The notes beneath the pieces were generated by a model that saw nothing but the letters and a program-made list of their open reading frames with translations, searched no databases and had not been told where the DNA came from. Of a DNA stretch of 64,000 bases, positions 1 to 9,366 are shown in pieces (position 1 is the stretch's first letter; every line of letters starts with the position of its first letter). The position numbers were made by a program, and so were the translations under genes. The stretch lies in the IMG/VR virus record IMGVR_UViG_3300025280_000023, positions 59,550 through 123,549 of that record; one strand, written 5' to 3'. The stretch comes from a virus.

Positions 1-8
1 GCGAAGAT

Positions 9-788
9 GTGTTTATCTCTGCGGAAGAAGCGAAGCTTCATCCCAATCAATTTGTGATGTTGATATCAAATTCTAATGAGAAAAAGACTGCTCTTGCAAG
101 ATTCAACCACCATTCAGAACCCCTTAAAAAAATAGTGGAGTTCAAGAATGGATTGTGGGGAATAAGACCTAGAAATAAAGAGCAGGCATTTGCCGCTAAT
201 TTACTCATGGATGAGTCGGTTCCAATAGTAACAATTGTGGGCAAGGCTGGGACCGGGAAAACGTTATATGCCTTAAGTGCGGCGCTAGAACAGGTAGTAG
301 AGAGCCAAAAATATACTAAAATTCTTGTCTCTAGGCCAGTGCAACCGATGGGTAAAGACATAGGGTTCCTCCCGGGGGATATAAAAGAAAAACTATTGCC
401 ATGGTTAATGCCGGTGCAAGATAATCTTCAATTTTTGATGGGTAACGACAAAACAACCCTAGAAATGTATATGGAGAACGGTACAATAGAGATTGAAGCC
501 TTATCATACATTAGAGGCCGCTCTATTTCTAACGCCTTTATAATCATTGATGAAACCCAAAACTTATCGAAGCACGAACTTAAAACAATCATTACCCGTG
601 TTGGAGAGGGGACCAAGATTGTCTTGACCGGAGATATTGAACAAATCGACAGCATGTACCTGGACTCTACATCAAACGGGCTATCCCATGCGGTAGAAAG
701 TTTTAAGGTATGCGATTTGTCCGGGCACGTAACACTATTGAAGGGAGAGCGGTCAAAGGTAGCAACTTTAGCCGCCAAGGTGCTGTGA
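9..788 (+). CDS. phoH: PhoH-family ATPase (probably 5'-truncated by window edge)
   Basis: Walker A GKAGTGKT, SRP, DIGFLPG, YIRGRSI, IIDETQN, GDIEQID motifs. Confidence 0.95.
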   Translation: MFISAEEAKLHPNQFVMLISNSNEKKTALARFNHHSEPLKKIVEFKNGLWGIRPRNKEQAFAANLLMDESVPIVTIVGKAGTGKTLYALSAALEQVVESQKYTKILVSRPVQPMGKDIGFLPGDIKEKLLPWLMPVQDNLQFLMGNDKTTLEMYMENGTIEIEALSYIRGRSISNAFIIIDETQNLSKHELKTIITRVGEGTKIVLTGDIEQIDSMYLDSTSNGLSHAVESFKVCDLSGHVTLLKGERSKVATLAAKVL

Positions 789-1054
789 TATCAAAAACAA
801 AATACAAAACTATAGGACACGACAATTATGAGGTTATTGTTGTGGACAAAAAAGGGGAAGAAACCGTCATAGGGAGAGTTTTTAAAAAGCTTGGCGAGAA
901 TAAATGGAAATTTAAGCCATATTTTAAACTTGCGAAAGAACAAATAATGTATATAATAAAAGAGCATCATAGTTTTGTAGAGGCGGGAAGAACCCTATCA
1001 AAGCTATGGGAAAATTCCCTATTCTTCAACTTCTTTGATGGAGAACTACTTTAA
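785..1054 (+). CDS. hypothetical protein
   Basis: GTG overlapping phoH stop; ORF track 710..1054; abuts next gene. Confidence 0.65.
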   Translation: MISKTKYKTIGHDNYEVIVVDKKGEETVIGRVFKKLGENKWKFKPYFKLAKEQIMYIIKEHHSFVEAGRTLSKLWENSLFFNFFDGELL

Positions 1055-2947
1055 ATGAAAAGGCTCCTACTTCTTTTTATTGTCCTGGTACCACTATACT
1101 CCTGTGCCGATAAAGTGACAGAGGGCGAAGACGGGGACATAGGGCTTACACCTATTATCCCAATTTATGATCCGTCATTGATAATGAACATCAAGGCGAT
1201 GACGCCGCACGAGTACCAGCAGGAGTGCATCAGGCGGGAATATTATTTTTGTGATCTAGACGCCAAGACAAAGATGGAAGTCGTAAAGGATATATGTTTC
1301 GATCCCCCCAAGATCCTAAGTGTCGGTGAGTGCGAAGAGTTTTTGGAATGCGATCCAACGCAATACCTAATAGGTACGATAGAATGCGTAACATGGGATG
1401 GATATCCAGGAACGCAGGACGAGGTTTGTGATAAAGGAACCATTAAGTATACGGAATGTGTAAGTCTGTGCGAAGAAGAGATATGCGATGGGGAAGATAA
1501 TGATTGTGATGACCAGATTGATGAAGGCCAGCTAAATGATTGTGGCCTGTGTGGGTTCTTGCCCGAAGAAGTATGCGATGGTGTGGACAATGATTGCGAC
1601 GGCTCTACAGATGAAGACCTGCTTCAAGAATGTTTTACAGCGTGCGGAACGGGCGTAGAATATTGTATTGGTGGGAATTGGGTTTCGTGTACAGCCCCTC
1701 CCGTCCAGGTGGAAATATGCGATGGATTTGACAATGATTGTGATGGACAAATTGATGAGGAACTCAACTGCGGATGTACCATCGGTCATGTGGGAGTTTT
1801 ATTCCCCTGCAACGAGTCGCCCCTTATATGTGGTAAGGGGTATAAGACCTGTGAATGCCTTGACCCAGGATGTACGTCTTTATCGATGACAGATTGTATG
1901 GCCGCCTGTGTCTACTTTCCTGATCCCGATGAACCCTGTGATCCAACGGTTGGACAGCCTCTCAAAGAAGAGGAATGCAACAACTTTGATGATAATTGTA
2001 ACGAGCTTATAGACGAAGACCTGTTCGGCCAATGCTATACAGGGGACCCCGCGACCCTATACGTAGGCATATGCGAACCTGGAATCATGACGTGTAAAGA
2101 GGGCACCTGGGGAGGGGTCCATGATGAAATACAAGAATTCATCCCTGGGTTCTGCGATGGTGAAATTGTACCACAAGAAGAAATATGTAATGGTGTTGAT
2201 GACGACTGTGACGGCGTTACTGATTCAGGAGAGGAGTTAGACCCTGTTGATATCTTGTTTATTATCGATTGGTCCGGTTCTATGTATATTGAAATAAATG
2301 CCGTCATGACCGCCCTTAATAAGTTTGCTAGTAATTACATTGACGAAGAAGTCCTACAATGGGGTACTATCATTGGTCCACTGGACTCCCCTGCTAACTC
2401 CTCAGGTAAAGAATACCTTAAGCTTCATCATAACCTATCTGGGTTTACTGATTTTATATCCGCAATGTCACAATTGAATTTAAACTCGTACACAATGATT
2501 GGTGCCCGCGAAATGATGTATGACGCAATATATTTAGCCATGCATAACTTGGTGGGTGCTTCTTCTTTGCCGGTTGCCATAGCAGATGTCGTATGGGATA
2601 CAATAAAGGGCGTTACTGAGTCGTCTCCTCCTAAAGAAGACTTTGTTATCGATTGGCGTACTGATTCAGACGTAGAAAGGGTTATCATTATCTTTACCGA
2701 TGAAACTCCGCAATCTTACTTCTTACCCAAGATAACTCAATTGGATCTGTTGGATTTGATTTCTAAGACGTTTAATACTAAGATATATGTGTTTACAAAG
2801 GACTGGCATAAAGAAAACGGCATGTATAACGATGGCTGGGAGCCTATTTGTATCGCTTCTGGAGGGAAATATTACGAGTTAACTTCTGATATGCTTACTA
2901 TGTATAATAACCTTGTGGAGATCATTGATGAAAATGCCTGCAAGTAG
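1055..2947 (+). CDS. Cys-rich lipoprotein with five MopE-like (EICDGxDNDCDG) metal-binding repeats and C-terminal vWA domain
   Basis: Lipobox LYSC; repeats EICDGEDNDCDD, EVCDGVDNDCDG, EICDGFDNDCDG, ECNNFDDNCNE, EICNGVDDDCDG; MIDAS DILFIIDWSGS and IIFTDE. Confidence 0.88.
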   Translation: MKRLLLLFIVLVPLYSCADKVTEGEDGDIGLTPIIPIYDPSLIMNIKAMTPHEYQQECIRREYYFCDLDAKTKMEVVKDICFDPPKILSVGECEEFLECDPTQYLIGTIECVTWDGYPGTQDEVCDKGTIKYTECVSLCEEEICDGEDNDCDDQIDEGQLNDCGLCGFLPEEVCDGVDNDCDGSTDEDLLQECFTACGTGVEYCIGGNWVSCTAPPVQVEICDGFDNDCDGQIDEELNCGCTIGHVGVLFPCNESPLICGKGYKTCECLDPGCTSLSMTDCMAACVYFPDPDEPCDPTVGQPLKEEECNNFDDNCNELIDEDLFGQCYTGDPATLYVGICEPGIMTCKEGTWGGVHDEIQEFIPGFCDGEIVPQEEICNGVDDDCDGVTDSGEELDPVDILFIIDWSGSMYIEINAVMTALNKFASNYIDEEVLQWGTIIGPLDSPANSSGKEYLKLHHNLSGFTDFISAMSQLNLNSYTMIGAREMMYDAIYLAMHNLVGASSLPVAIADVVWDTIKGVTESSPPKEDFVIDWRTDSDVERVIIIFTDETPQSYFLPKITQLDLLDLISKTFNTKIYVFTKDWHKENGMYNDGWEPICIASGGKYYELTSDMLTMYNNLVEIIDENACK

Positions 2948-2958
2948 GAGCGGTCTAA

Positions 2959-3126
2959 ATGGATTCGGAGAGCCTGATGTGCCTCATATGCGCAGATATA
3001 GCTAAGGGAAACATGAATTCTCTAGAGGCAAGAAGAAACCTTGGTGAAATACATTCTTCAATGAAAAAAGAGCATATTTTGGAAGTCTTAAGAAAAATAT
3101 GGGAACTAGAAGATGAAGAAGAATAA
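2959..3126 (+). CDS. small hypothetical protein (55 aa)
   Basis: ORF read by eye, MDSESLMCLICADI...EDEEE; AGGAG upstream; fills gap. Confidence 0.6.
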   Translation: MDSESLMCLICADIAKGNMNSLEARRNLGEIHSSMKKEHILEVLRKIWELEDEEE

Positions 3127-3130
3127 GAGA

Positions 3131-3736
3131 GTGACTTGGGCCTGGACAGAGTTTTTAACTGAACTAGCTATGAGTCAGATTGGAGATCTTAAATCGGAGT
3201 GGTCTGTTATCGTCACTAAAGACAAGGACCAGTTCGACGAGACCTTTCAGATTCTGATGGTCCAAGAAGATCCTAAATCTACTGCTATTAGCCTTCCACA
3301 AGGCAATTTTAATAAGGTGAAAGGGCAGGATGGGTCGTCTGCTCAAATAATACTTACTAAATACCATGAAGACACCGACTGTGATGCCTTTATTATCAAT
3401 CAGGTAAGCGCCCCCAAGGGCTTTGGGCCCCTGCTGTATGATATTGCTCTGGAACTATCGGAGGACTCAGGGGCGATGCCGGATAGGATCTACGTAACAA
3501 AGGATGCCTATAAGGTGTGGGAGTACTATATGAATAGCAGGGTTGATGTTGAAACAAAACAACTAGAATACGGTGTATGCCCTTGGGAGCCAGGTGAATC
3601 AGACGAACACGGCTCTGACCATGACCTCTGGTACGATTCACCCCTTTCGAAAATTTATTATAAAAGAGACAGATCAGTAATAAAAAGTTTGACAGGGGCG
3701 AACAAGATGATATATAGAGTCGGAGACTTATTATAA
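3131..3736 (+). CDS. GNAT-like hypothetical protein
   Basis: KGFGPLLYDIALE and AYKVW resemble acetyl-CoA-binding motif A/B; leader WTEFLTE; start uncertain (ORF from 3113). Confidence 0.55.
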   Translation: MTWAWTEFLTELAMSQIGDLKSEWSVIVTKDKDQFDETFQILMVQEDPKSTAISLPQGNFNKVKGQDGSSAQIILTKYHEDTDCDAFIINQVSAPKGFGPLLYDIALELSEDSGAMPDRIYVTKDAYKVWEYYMNSRVDVETKQLEYGVCPWEPGESDEHGSDHDLWYDSPLSKIYYKRDRSVIKSLTGANKMIYRVGDLL

Positions 3737-3749
3737 TAAGGAGAATCCA

Positions 3750-3986
3750 ATGCAGCCCGAAATGAGACTCAATGTGAATTTAAAACAATGTAACAATGTA
3801 GCGTGTGACGAGTGTGAGAACACGTTCTTTAATACGGCATTCTTGATTAAAGAAGTGTCCCCGGTGGTTTCGCCCACTGGAGAAGAGATGCTCTTGCCGG
3901 TTCAAGTGTTTTCTTGTTTGTCTTGTGGACATATCAATGAAGGCTTCCTTGAGCACGTAGAGAACGCCAGCCCCGCTGCTGGGTAG
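3750..3986 (+). CDS. small Zn-ribbon protein
   Basis: CDEC...CLSC pairs. Confidence 0.75.
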   Translation: MQPEMRLNVNLKQCNNVACDECENTFFNTAFLIKEVSPVVSPTGEEMLLPVQVFSCLSCGHINEGFLEHVENASPAAG

Positions 3987-4406
3987 ATGGATATTGTCAA
4001 AGACAAGGAATACCTAAAGAAGAAGTGCGATAAAGTAGAGCTTCAGCAGGGTATAAAAACAGGCAAAATCTTACTCGGTGTCCTTCAAAAGCACAAGAGT
4101 GGTATCGGTTTGGCTGCAAACCAAGTTGGAATCAATGAATCTGTCTGTGTTGTAAACGTGACAAGCCCCTTGATTCTGGTGAACCCTGGGATTACGGGCG
4201 AGTTTGGCAGCATAGTGACCGCCGAACGATGCCTTTCCTTCCCGGGTGAGTTTGTAATCACCAAAAGGCCCATGAGCATAGTCGTTGAGTGTGACTATAA
4301 TGGAACAAAGAGATTTGATTCTAGAGAGGATTTGTTAGAACTCGTTTGTGTTTGCCATGAAATAGATCACTTGAACGGCATTACTATGCACGAAAGAAAA
4401 AAATAA
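3987..4406 (+). CDS. def: peptide deformylase
   Basis: GIGLAANQVG, ERCLSFP, HEIDHLNG motifs. Confidence 0.93.
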   Translation: MDIVKDKEYLKKKCDKVELQQGIKTGKILLGVLQKHKSGIGLAANQVGINESVCVVNVTSPLILVNPGITGEFGSIVTAERCLSFPGEFVITKRPMSIVVECDYNGTKRFDSREDLLELVCVCHEIDHLNGITMHERKK

Positions 4407-4413
4407 CTTTTCT

Positions 4414-4441
4414 CTTGACTTTTAAAAATGCGTCCCCATTT
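4414..4441 (+). promoter_or_regulatory. sigma32 (RpoH)-type heat-shock promoter
   Basis: CTTGAC-N14-CCCCATTT directly upstream of the Hsp20 gene. Confidence 0.65.
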
Positions 4442-4473
4442 TATCTTTATCCTGTCATATAGGAGGAAACAAG

Positions 4474-4902
4474 ATGGGGACATATAATCTTATTAATACG
4501 CTGGATGGCTTGTTTGATAGCCTTGCCCTTGGTGAGCTAAAAAGCCCATATAATTCATTCAATTATTGGATAGGGCCAGATCGGTATCAACCAAAACAGA
4601 AAACCGGGGGATACCCACAGTGTTCCAAAGAGAAGCTAGAAGATGGGGCTGTTTGCATCAAGATAGCAGCGCCCGGAGCTAAGAAGGAGGACTTTAACCT
4701 GGAGCTTAAGGACGGCCTGATCACGGTTTCGTGTGATCCATCGGATGAGACGATTCTTCAGAAATTCAGCAGAGTATGGAGATTTGAGAAAGAGTTGAGT
4801 CTTGAAAACATAATCGCAAAGTATGACTCGGGAATCCTTACTCTAGAAGTAAAGAAGCCAGTTGCGGTTGATGAGGAGATCCTAAAGATTGAAGTCCTCT
4901 AA
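4474..4902 (+). CDS. small heat-shock protein Hsp20/alpha-crystallin
   Basis: IAAPGAKKEDFNLEL, FSRVW, AKYDSGILTL; AGGAGG RBS. Confidence 0.9.
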   Translation: MGTYNLINTLDGLFDSLALGELKSPYNSFNYWIGPDRYQPKQKTGGYPQCSKEKLEDGAVCIKIAAPGAKKEDFNLELKDGLITVSCDPSDETILQKFSRVWRFEKELSLENIIAKYDSGILTLEVKKPVAVDEEILKIEVL

Positions 4903-4904
4903 AA

Positions 4905-5219
4905 TTACATCCCTCGTTCAAAAAGTTCGTCTGCGACGGCGAGAGCGGTGGATACGGGGCATGTTGCACCTGTTTCCTCCATGAGTTCCTCGACAGAAAT
5001 TTCTTTTAACGACTCGTTGTCGTGTTCTTTTAAGATGCTTTTAACTGACTTGAATGATTCGGGATGATACCTTTCAACAAGACCATCAATAAGGTCTGCC
5101 TTTGGGGTATCATCTCGTTTTTCTTTTTTCTCTAATACGATTGATTCTATCGAACTCTTCACGAGTTGTTTTAGATCGTTTGTTTTTAGACTTAGTTCCA
5201 AAATCTTCTCCCTGCTCAA
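4905..5219 (-). CDS. hypothetical protein
   Basis: 104 aa ORF convergent with Hsp20. Confidence 0.65.
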   Translation of the reverse strand: MSREKILELSLKTNDLKQLVKSSIESIVLEKKEKRDDTPKADLIDGLVERYHPESFKSVKSILKEHDNESLKEISVEELMEETGATCPVSTALAVADELFERGM

Positions 5220-5456
5220 CGCTGATCTTTATTAATCTCAAACACATGTATAAGTATTTTATTGAAAGCTTTTTCGGCCTTTTAAATATTTGAAAAAAAG
5301 CGTAAAAGAAGGATACAAGGGAATAAAATAATAAAACAAGAGAAATCTTTATGTTATAAAGAAAAACCCCAAGGAGCGTATTGGGTGGTATTTTTAAAAA
5401 ATGAAAAATCATCCGATTGCCCATGACTTGTTTGATAATTCAATGCTATTTAAAAT

Positions 5457-5612
5457 ATGGAGCCAAAGGAATTAGTTCAGGAAACAAGAAAAAAAGCCAG
5501 CGAAATGGCTAAAGATAATGTGTGGCGGACGGATTTTCGAGTTTGTGAGCTTTTAACGGAACTGGCCGATAAGATTGAAGAGCTTGTCGCTAAGACAAGT
5601 GAGAAGTCTTAA
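5457..5612 (+). CDS. small hypothetical protein (51 aa)
   Basis: MEPKELVQETRKK...; ATG 4 nt after CTATTTA motif. Confidence 0.55.
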   Translation: MEPKELVQETRKKASEMAKDNVWRTDFRVCELLTELADKIEELVAKTSEKS

Positions 5613-5625
5613 TTTTACGGATTGT

Positions 5626-5991
5626 TTACTTGTCGTCTCCGCGCAATTTTTCCATGGCTTCAAGAGTCTTTTCTAATACGCTTAGACCAAGAGCCAGCTT
5701 GGAGGTTTTTTCTGACATCTCTTTCATTGTCTCCAAGGCCTTGCCAATTTCGTTTATGTTTTCTTTCATTTTAACGATTACTTGATCTAAAATAGCGAAG
5801 GGAGAGTCTTCCGCGCTTCCCGTCCTAAGTGTGATAAACCCTTCTGTATTTATTGGCGAATCTCCTACACTCCCAATTGGCGTGGCCTGCTGACCGGCGC
5901 TAGTGGGGCTGTTTTTGGAGAGCGCCATGGCCTCTTCTCTTCTCACCTGCAAGGGCGAAACCATTCCGCTTGCGATTGGTGCTATTTTCAT
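5626..5991 (-). CDS. hypothetical protein, coiled-coil C-terminus
   Basis: 121 aa ORF with GAGG RBS. Confidence 0.7.
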   Translation of the reverse strand: MKIAPIASGMVSPLQVRREEAMALSKNSPTSAGQQATPIGSVGDSPINTEGFITLRTGSAEDSPFAILDQVIVKMKENINEIGKALETMKEMSEKTSKLALGLSVLEKTLEAMEKLRGDDK

Positions 5992-6061
5992 AATATCCTC
6001 TTATGTGAAAAATCATCACGTATCTACATGATTCAAACTAATTATTACAAGGGGTACAATT

Positions 6062-6997
6062 ATGTCTAATTATAAACTTTCAGAAAAGGGTATGGGTGGG
6101 CGGACTTTTCAAAAGAAAGAAGATGATTTTCTTGCTTGGCTAAATAAGGCTTCTGATTGGACAAAGGAGCACAAACCAAGGTTCAAACCAAAGCTGCCCT
6201 CTGGATCCCCCTCATTCAAAGGCCCATTTGCCTCGCTACAATTCTCGTTTAGCCGAGACGACTATCAGTATCCGGAGTCCCTGGGAATATCCGACTTCGT
6301 TATGCAAGATGAACTTGAACCAAATTTCTGGGTAAACAACGCCCTTAAACCACCGATTCTTCAGCGCCTGATGGTTATTACTGCCGATTTTGTCAACAGC
6401 CTGGGGCTAGACAATGTGCATATAGATGATATTATTATAACCGGCTCGATAGCAAACTATAACTGGTCTGAGTATTCCGATATTGATGTGCACATTTTAT
6501 TAGACTTCGAGGATGTTGACGACAATACTGAACTTGTTAAGAAATTCTTTGATGCAAAGCGGATGTTATGGAATAAACACCATGAAATTATGGTAAAAGG
6601 CCATGAAGTCGAAATGTACCTTCAGGATACGAAGGAAACACATGTTTCTTCCGGGGTCTATTCGCTTTTAAATGGCACGTGGGTTAAATTCCCAAAAAAA
6701 GAAGAGCCAGCGATTGATATGAAAGCAGTAGAAGAGAAAACTCTTTCGCTAATGAAGCTAATCGACGAAGTTGGTATGTTATTTTCGAATGGGCAACACA
6801 AATCTGCCCTCGATCTTTCCAGTAAAATAAAAAATAAAGTAAAAAGGATGAGAAAAACTGGGTTGGAGAGTGTCGGCGTATACTCTTCTGAAAACTTAGC
6901 GTTTAAGGCCTTAAGAAAAAATGATTATTTGGCAAAACTCCATGAACTGTACACTAATTCATATGATGAACTAATGTCCATGAATGGGGATGGGTAG
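6062..6997 (+). CDS. Pol-beta-fold nucleotidyltransferase
   Basis: ITGSIANYNWSEYSDIDVH (GS...DxD) and third acidic residue in EVEMYLQD. Confidence 0.82.
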   Translation: MSNYKLSEKGMGGRTFQKKEDDFLAWLNKASDWTKEHKPRFKPKLPSGSPSFKGPFASLQFSFSRDDYQYPESLGISDFVMQDELEPNFWVNNALKPPILQRLMVITADFVNSLGLDNVHIDDIIITGSIANYNWSEYSDIDVHILLDFEDVDDNTELVKKFFDAKRMLWNKHHEIMVKGHEVEMYLQDTKETHVSSGVYSLLNGTWVKFPKKEEPAIDMKAVEEKTLSLMKLIDEVGMLFSNGQHKSALDLSSKIKNKVKRMRKTGLESVGVYSSENLAFKALRKNDYLAKLHELYTNSYDELMSMNGDG

Positions 6998-7177
6998 ATG
7001 TCACGAGCGCCCTTTGAGAAACCTAGCAAGGAACAAGTTTTAGAGTGGTATAAAAAGGCGTGTCTTAAAGAATTAAATATTTTTGATGATCTAAATTTAA
7101 TAATTCTTACATTAACAAAAATGGTATTGAGATCATGGGACATAATTGAAAAAAATGAAGATATCGGTAACAAATAA
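6998..7177 (+). CDS. small hypothetical protein (59 aa)
   Basis: ORF read by eye, MSRAPFEKPSKEQVLEWY..., abutting previous stop. Confidence 0.5.
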   Translation: MSRAPFEKPSKEQVLEWYKKACLKELNIFDDLNLIILTLTKMVLRSWDIIEKNEDIGNK

Positions 7178-9359
7178 AAAAAGGAAAAAACATACGGTAC
7201 TCACGGAGGTCACCGAAAAAGAGATCGAGCAGATCTCGGATTTTGTAACGGACGTTGACCCGGAAAAGCTAGCATTTGGTAATTTGTTTGGTGATAAAAT
7301 GCGTGTACTTTTAAAGTCGGATATCTCTGACAACAACAGTGTTAATACTTTATTTAAAATCTTTAAAAAGAATGGCTATTTCGTTGATTTTATTGGAGGA
7401 AAAGCGGAGAAAACCATTAGGACCCAGCGAGGCCTCGCGAAGAGGTCGATGAAGATTGGAAAAATCTTAAATCGTGCGTCTGAGTTAATTGGGTCGTTAA
7501 ATGATATAGATCCCGGGGGTACTTCCGGAGAAAGGTATCGCCTGCATGACAAACTAAAGGAACTTTTCCCAAAAATAAGTGGAGATGATTCAAGGGAAAT
7601 CTTAGGGCTTAAGGATTTTTGGGAAAGCGACTCGGAAAAATACAGGAAGGAACCAGACACACTATCTTCCAACAAAAACTTTGTCATTATTTCGAGGCAT
7701 CCAATTGACATTGTAAGAATGGCTGATTTTGATGAACTTGAAACATGCCATTCTCCGCCTTCAAGGGCCGATCATTCGTTTTTCAAATGCGCTCTTGCAG
7801 AGGCGCGAGGGATGGGCGCGGTCGCTTATCTCATGGGTGCGGAGGAGCTTTTTGAACTTACCGGCGCCTCCGATAGTCTCGAAGAGCTTCAATCAAGCCT
7901 ACAGGATTATGACAATGATGAAATCTTTCGCGATGAAAGCAGGGGCGTTAAGGGTATTGAACCAAAAGCAAGAGTAAGAATACGTAGGTTTGATAGATTT
8001 GATGAAGATGAAAACCTCTCCTTTTCGCTCGCCGTCCCAGAGGTGAAAGTATATCCGTATACCCATGGCATTCTTGGAGACAAGGTTGCTGATTGGACAC
8101 GAAGTAAACAAAAAGACCTTATTGATTGGCTTAAAAACACCAAACATGGCCACGACACCCTGTATTTGAGAGGGGGTAGCTATTCCGACAGCCCGGCAGG
8201 GGAACTCGTTGAAGACTTTGTGGGAGCCGATTTACATAAATTTAAAATTAAGCATTACGAAAAAGACGAGGATGATTTAATATCGCCACATAATCTAAGT
8301 GAAGAAAGAGTCAGAGAGGTCGTAGATGAAGTCAACGGCCGCCTAAGAAGGATTCGTATAAACGCAACTATTTCTCTTCGCGCTAATCATCCGGATATTA
8401 ACGTAAAAGCAAAAGCCTATTTTGATTTTGAAGCTTCTGAATTTATAAAACCACTTTCAAAAGATGTGCCTCAAGACTGGCCCGGCTTCGGCGAGTTGGC
8501 GGAATTATTAGAAGAGTACAGCCTGGGGGCCGATTCCTATGCGGAAGATATTGATAGATACGCTTTTGGAGGACAAGGCGGCGGTCAAAACCGCTTGTAC
8601 GACACCAGGGAGTTTTCAGGCGCCAAAATACTGGACTATACCCCGGTTGGAGGTGGCACAGAAAAGATCTCTATTGCTCTACCACTAGTAGTGGATGGAG
8701 AGTATTTGAATACCATGGAAGAATTTGAAGAGCTTGCCGTTAGTTTTTATGATAAAGATCTAGAAATAGAAAAGCACACCCCAATTATACGAGAATGGCT
8801 GCTTCGAGAAGGCTTCCTAAGAGGCTCCGCAATGAAAAACCTGGAATCCGAACTTGGAAGTATTGGTATGTTTGATCTTGATTGGGATCATGCAATAGAA
8901 GAGGGTGAGTTTGGAGAGCCGCCGTATAGGATATCATTTGAGAATATAACCCATATTAAGACGCCAAACCCTGAGTATGCTGGTAAATTTATTGAGGTCG
9001 TTACTGACGAGGGCTACCAGTACGACGCCACAATAAACATTAAAAAGGCTATCGTTAATAAGGTCTATGACAATAATAATGTTTTGCCGGGAGAGCGGTA
9101 TTATCCCAATTTCGACTTGAGCGCAATGGCATATAAAACAGACCCAGCGGCGGTAGAGGTCAAGATCACCATGAGTGTACCTGACGACGCGCCCGAGTCG
9201 CTTATTAAATATATTCTAGAAATGGCTCAAACTTGGGATGATGAGGACATAGAGAATCTTATTCTTACCTCCGTTCAAGAAAGCATGTATCAGTATGTAG
9301 AGGCCAGACAAGTTAGAGAAAACTTTAATCGGTTTGACAAATTTTTTAAAAGGAGGTAA
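7155..9359 (+). CDS. large hypothetical protein, paralog of 17646..20576
   Basis: ISRHPIDIVRMADF..TCHS..FKCALAEARG..EIFRDESRGV..GGSYSD shared with paralog. Confidence 0.85.
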   Translation: MKISVTNKKRKKHTVLTEVTEKEIEQISDFVTDVDPEKLAFGNLFGDKMRVLLKSDISDNNSVNTLFKIFKKNGYFVDFIGGKAEKTIRTQRGLAKRSMKIGKILNRASELIGSLNDIDPGGTSGERYRLHDKLKELFPKISGDDSREILGLKDFWESDSEKYRKEPDTLSSNKNFVIISRHPIDIVRMADFDELETCHSPPSRADHSFFKCALAEARGMGAVAYLMGAEELFELTGASDSLEELQSSLQDYDNDEIFRDESRGVKGIEPKARVRIRRFDRFDEDENLSFSLAVPEVKVYPYTHGILGDKVADWTRSKQKDLIDWLKNTKHGHDTLYLRGGSYSDSPAGELVEDFVGADLHKFKIKHYEKDEDDLISPHNLSEERVREVVDEVNGRLRRIRINATISLRANHPDINVKAKAYFDFEASEFIKPLSKDVPQDWPGFGELAELLEEYSLGADSYAEDIDRYAFGGQGGGQNRLYDTREFSGAKILDYTPVGGGTEKISIALPLVVDGEYLNTMEEFEELAVSFYDKDLEIEKHTPIIREWLLREGFLRGSAMKNLESELGSIGMFDLDWDHAIEEGEFGEPPYRISFENITHIKTPNPEYAGKFIEVVTDEGYQYDATINIKKAIVNKVYDNNNVLPGERYYPNFDLSAMAYKTDPAAVEVKITMSVPDDAPESLIKYILEMAQTWDDEDIENLILTSVQESMYQYVEARQVRENFNRFDKFFKRR

Positions 9360-9366
9360 TATGTAA

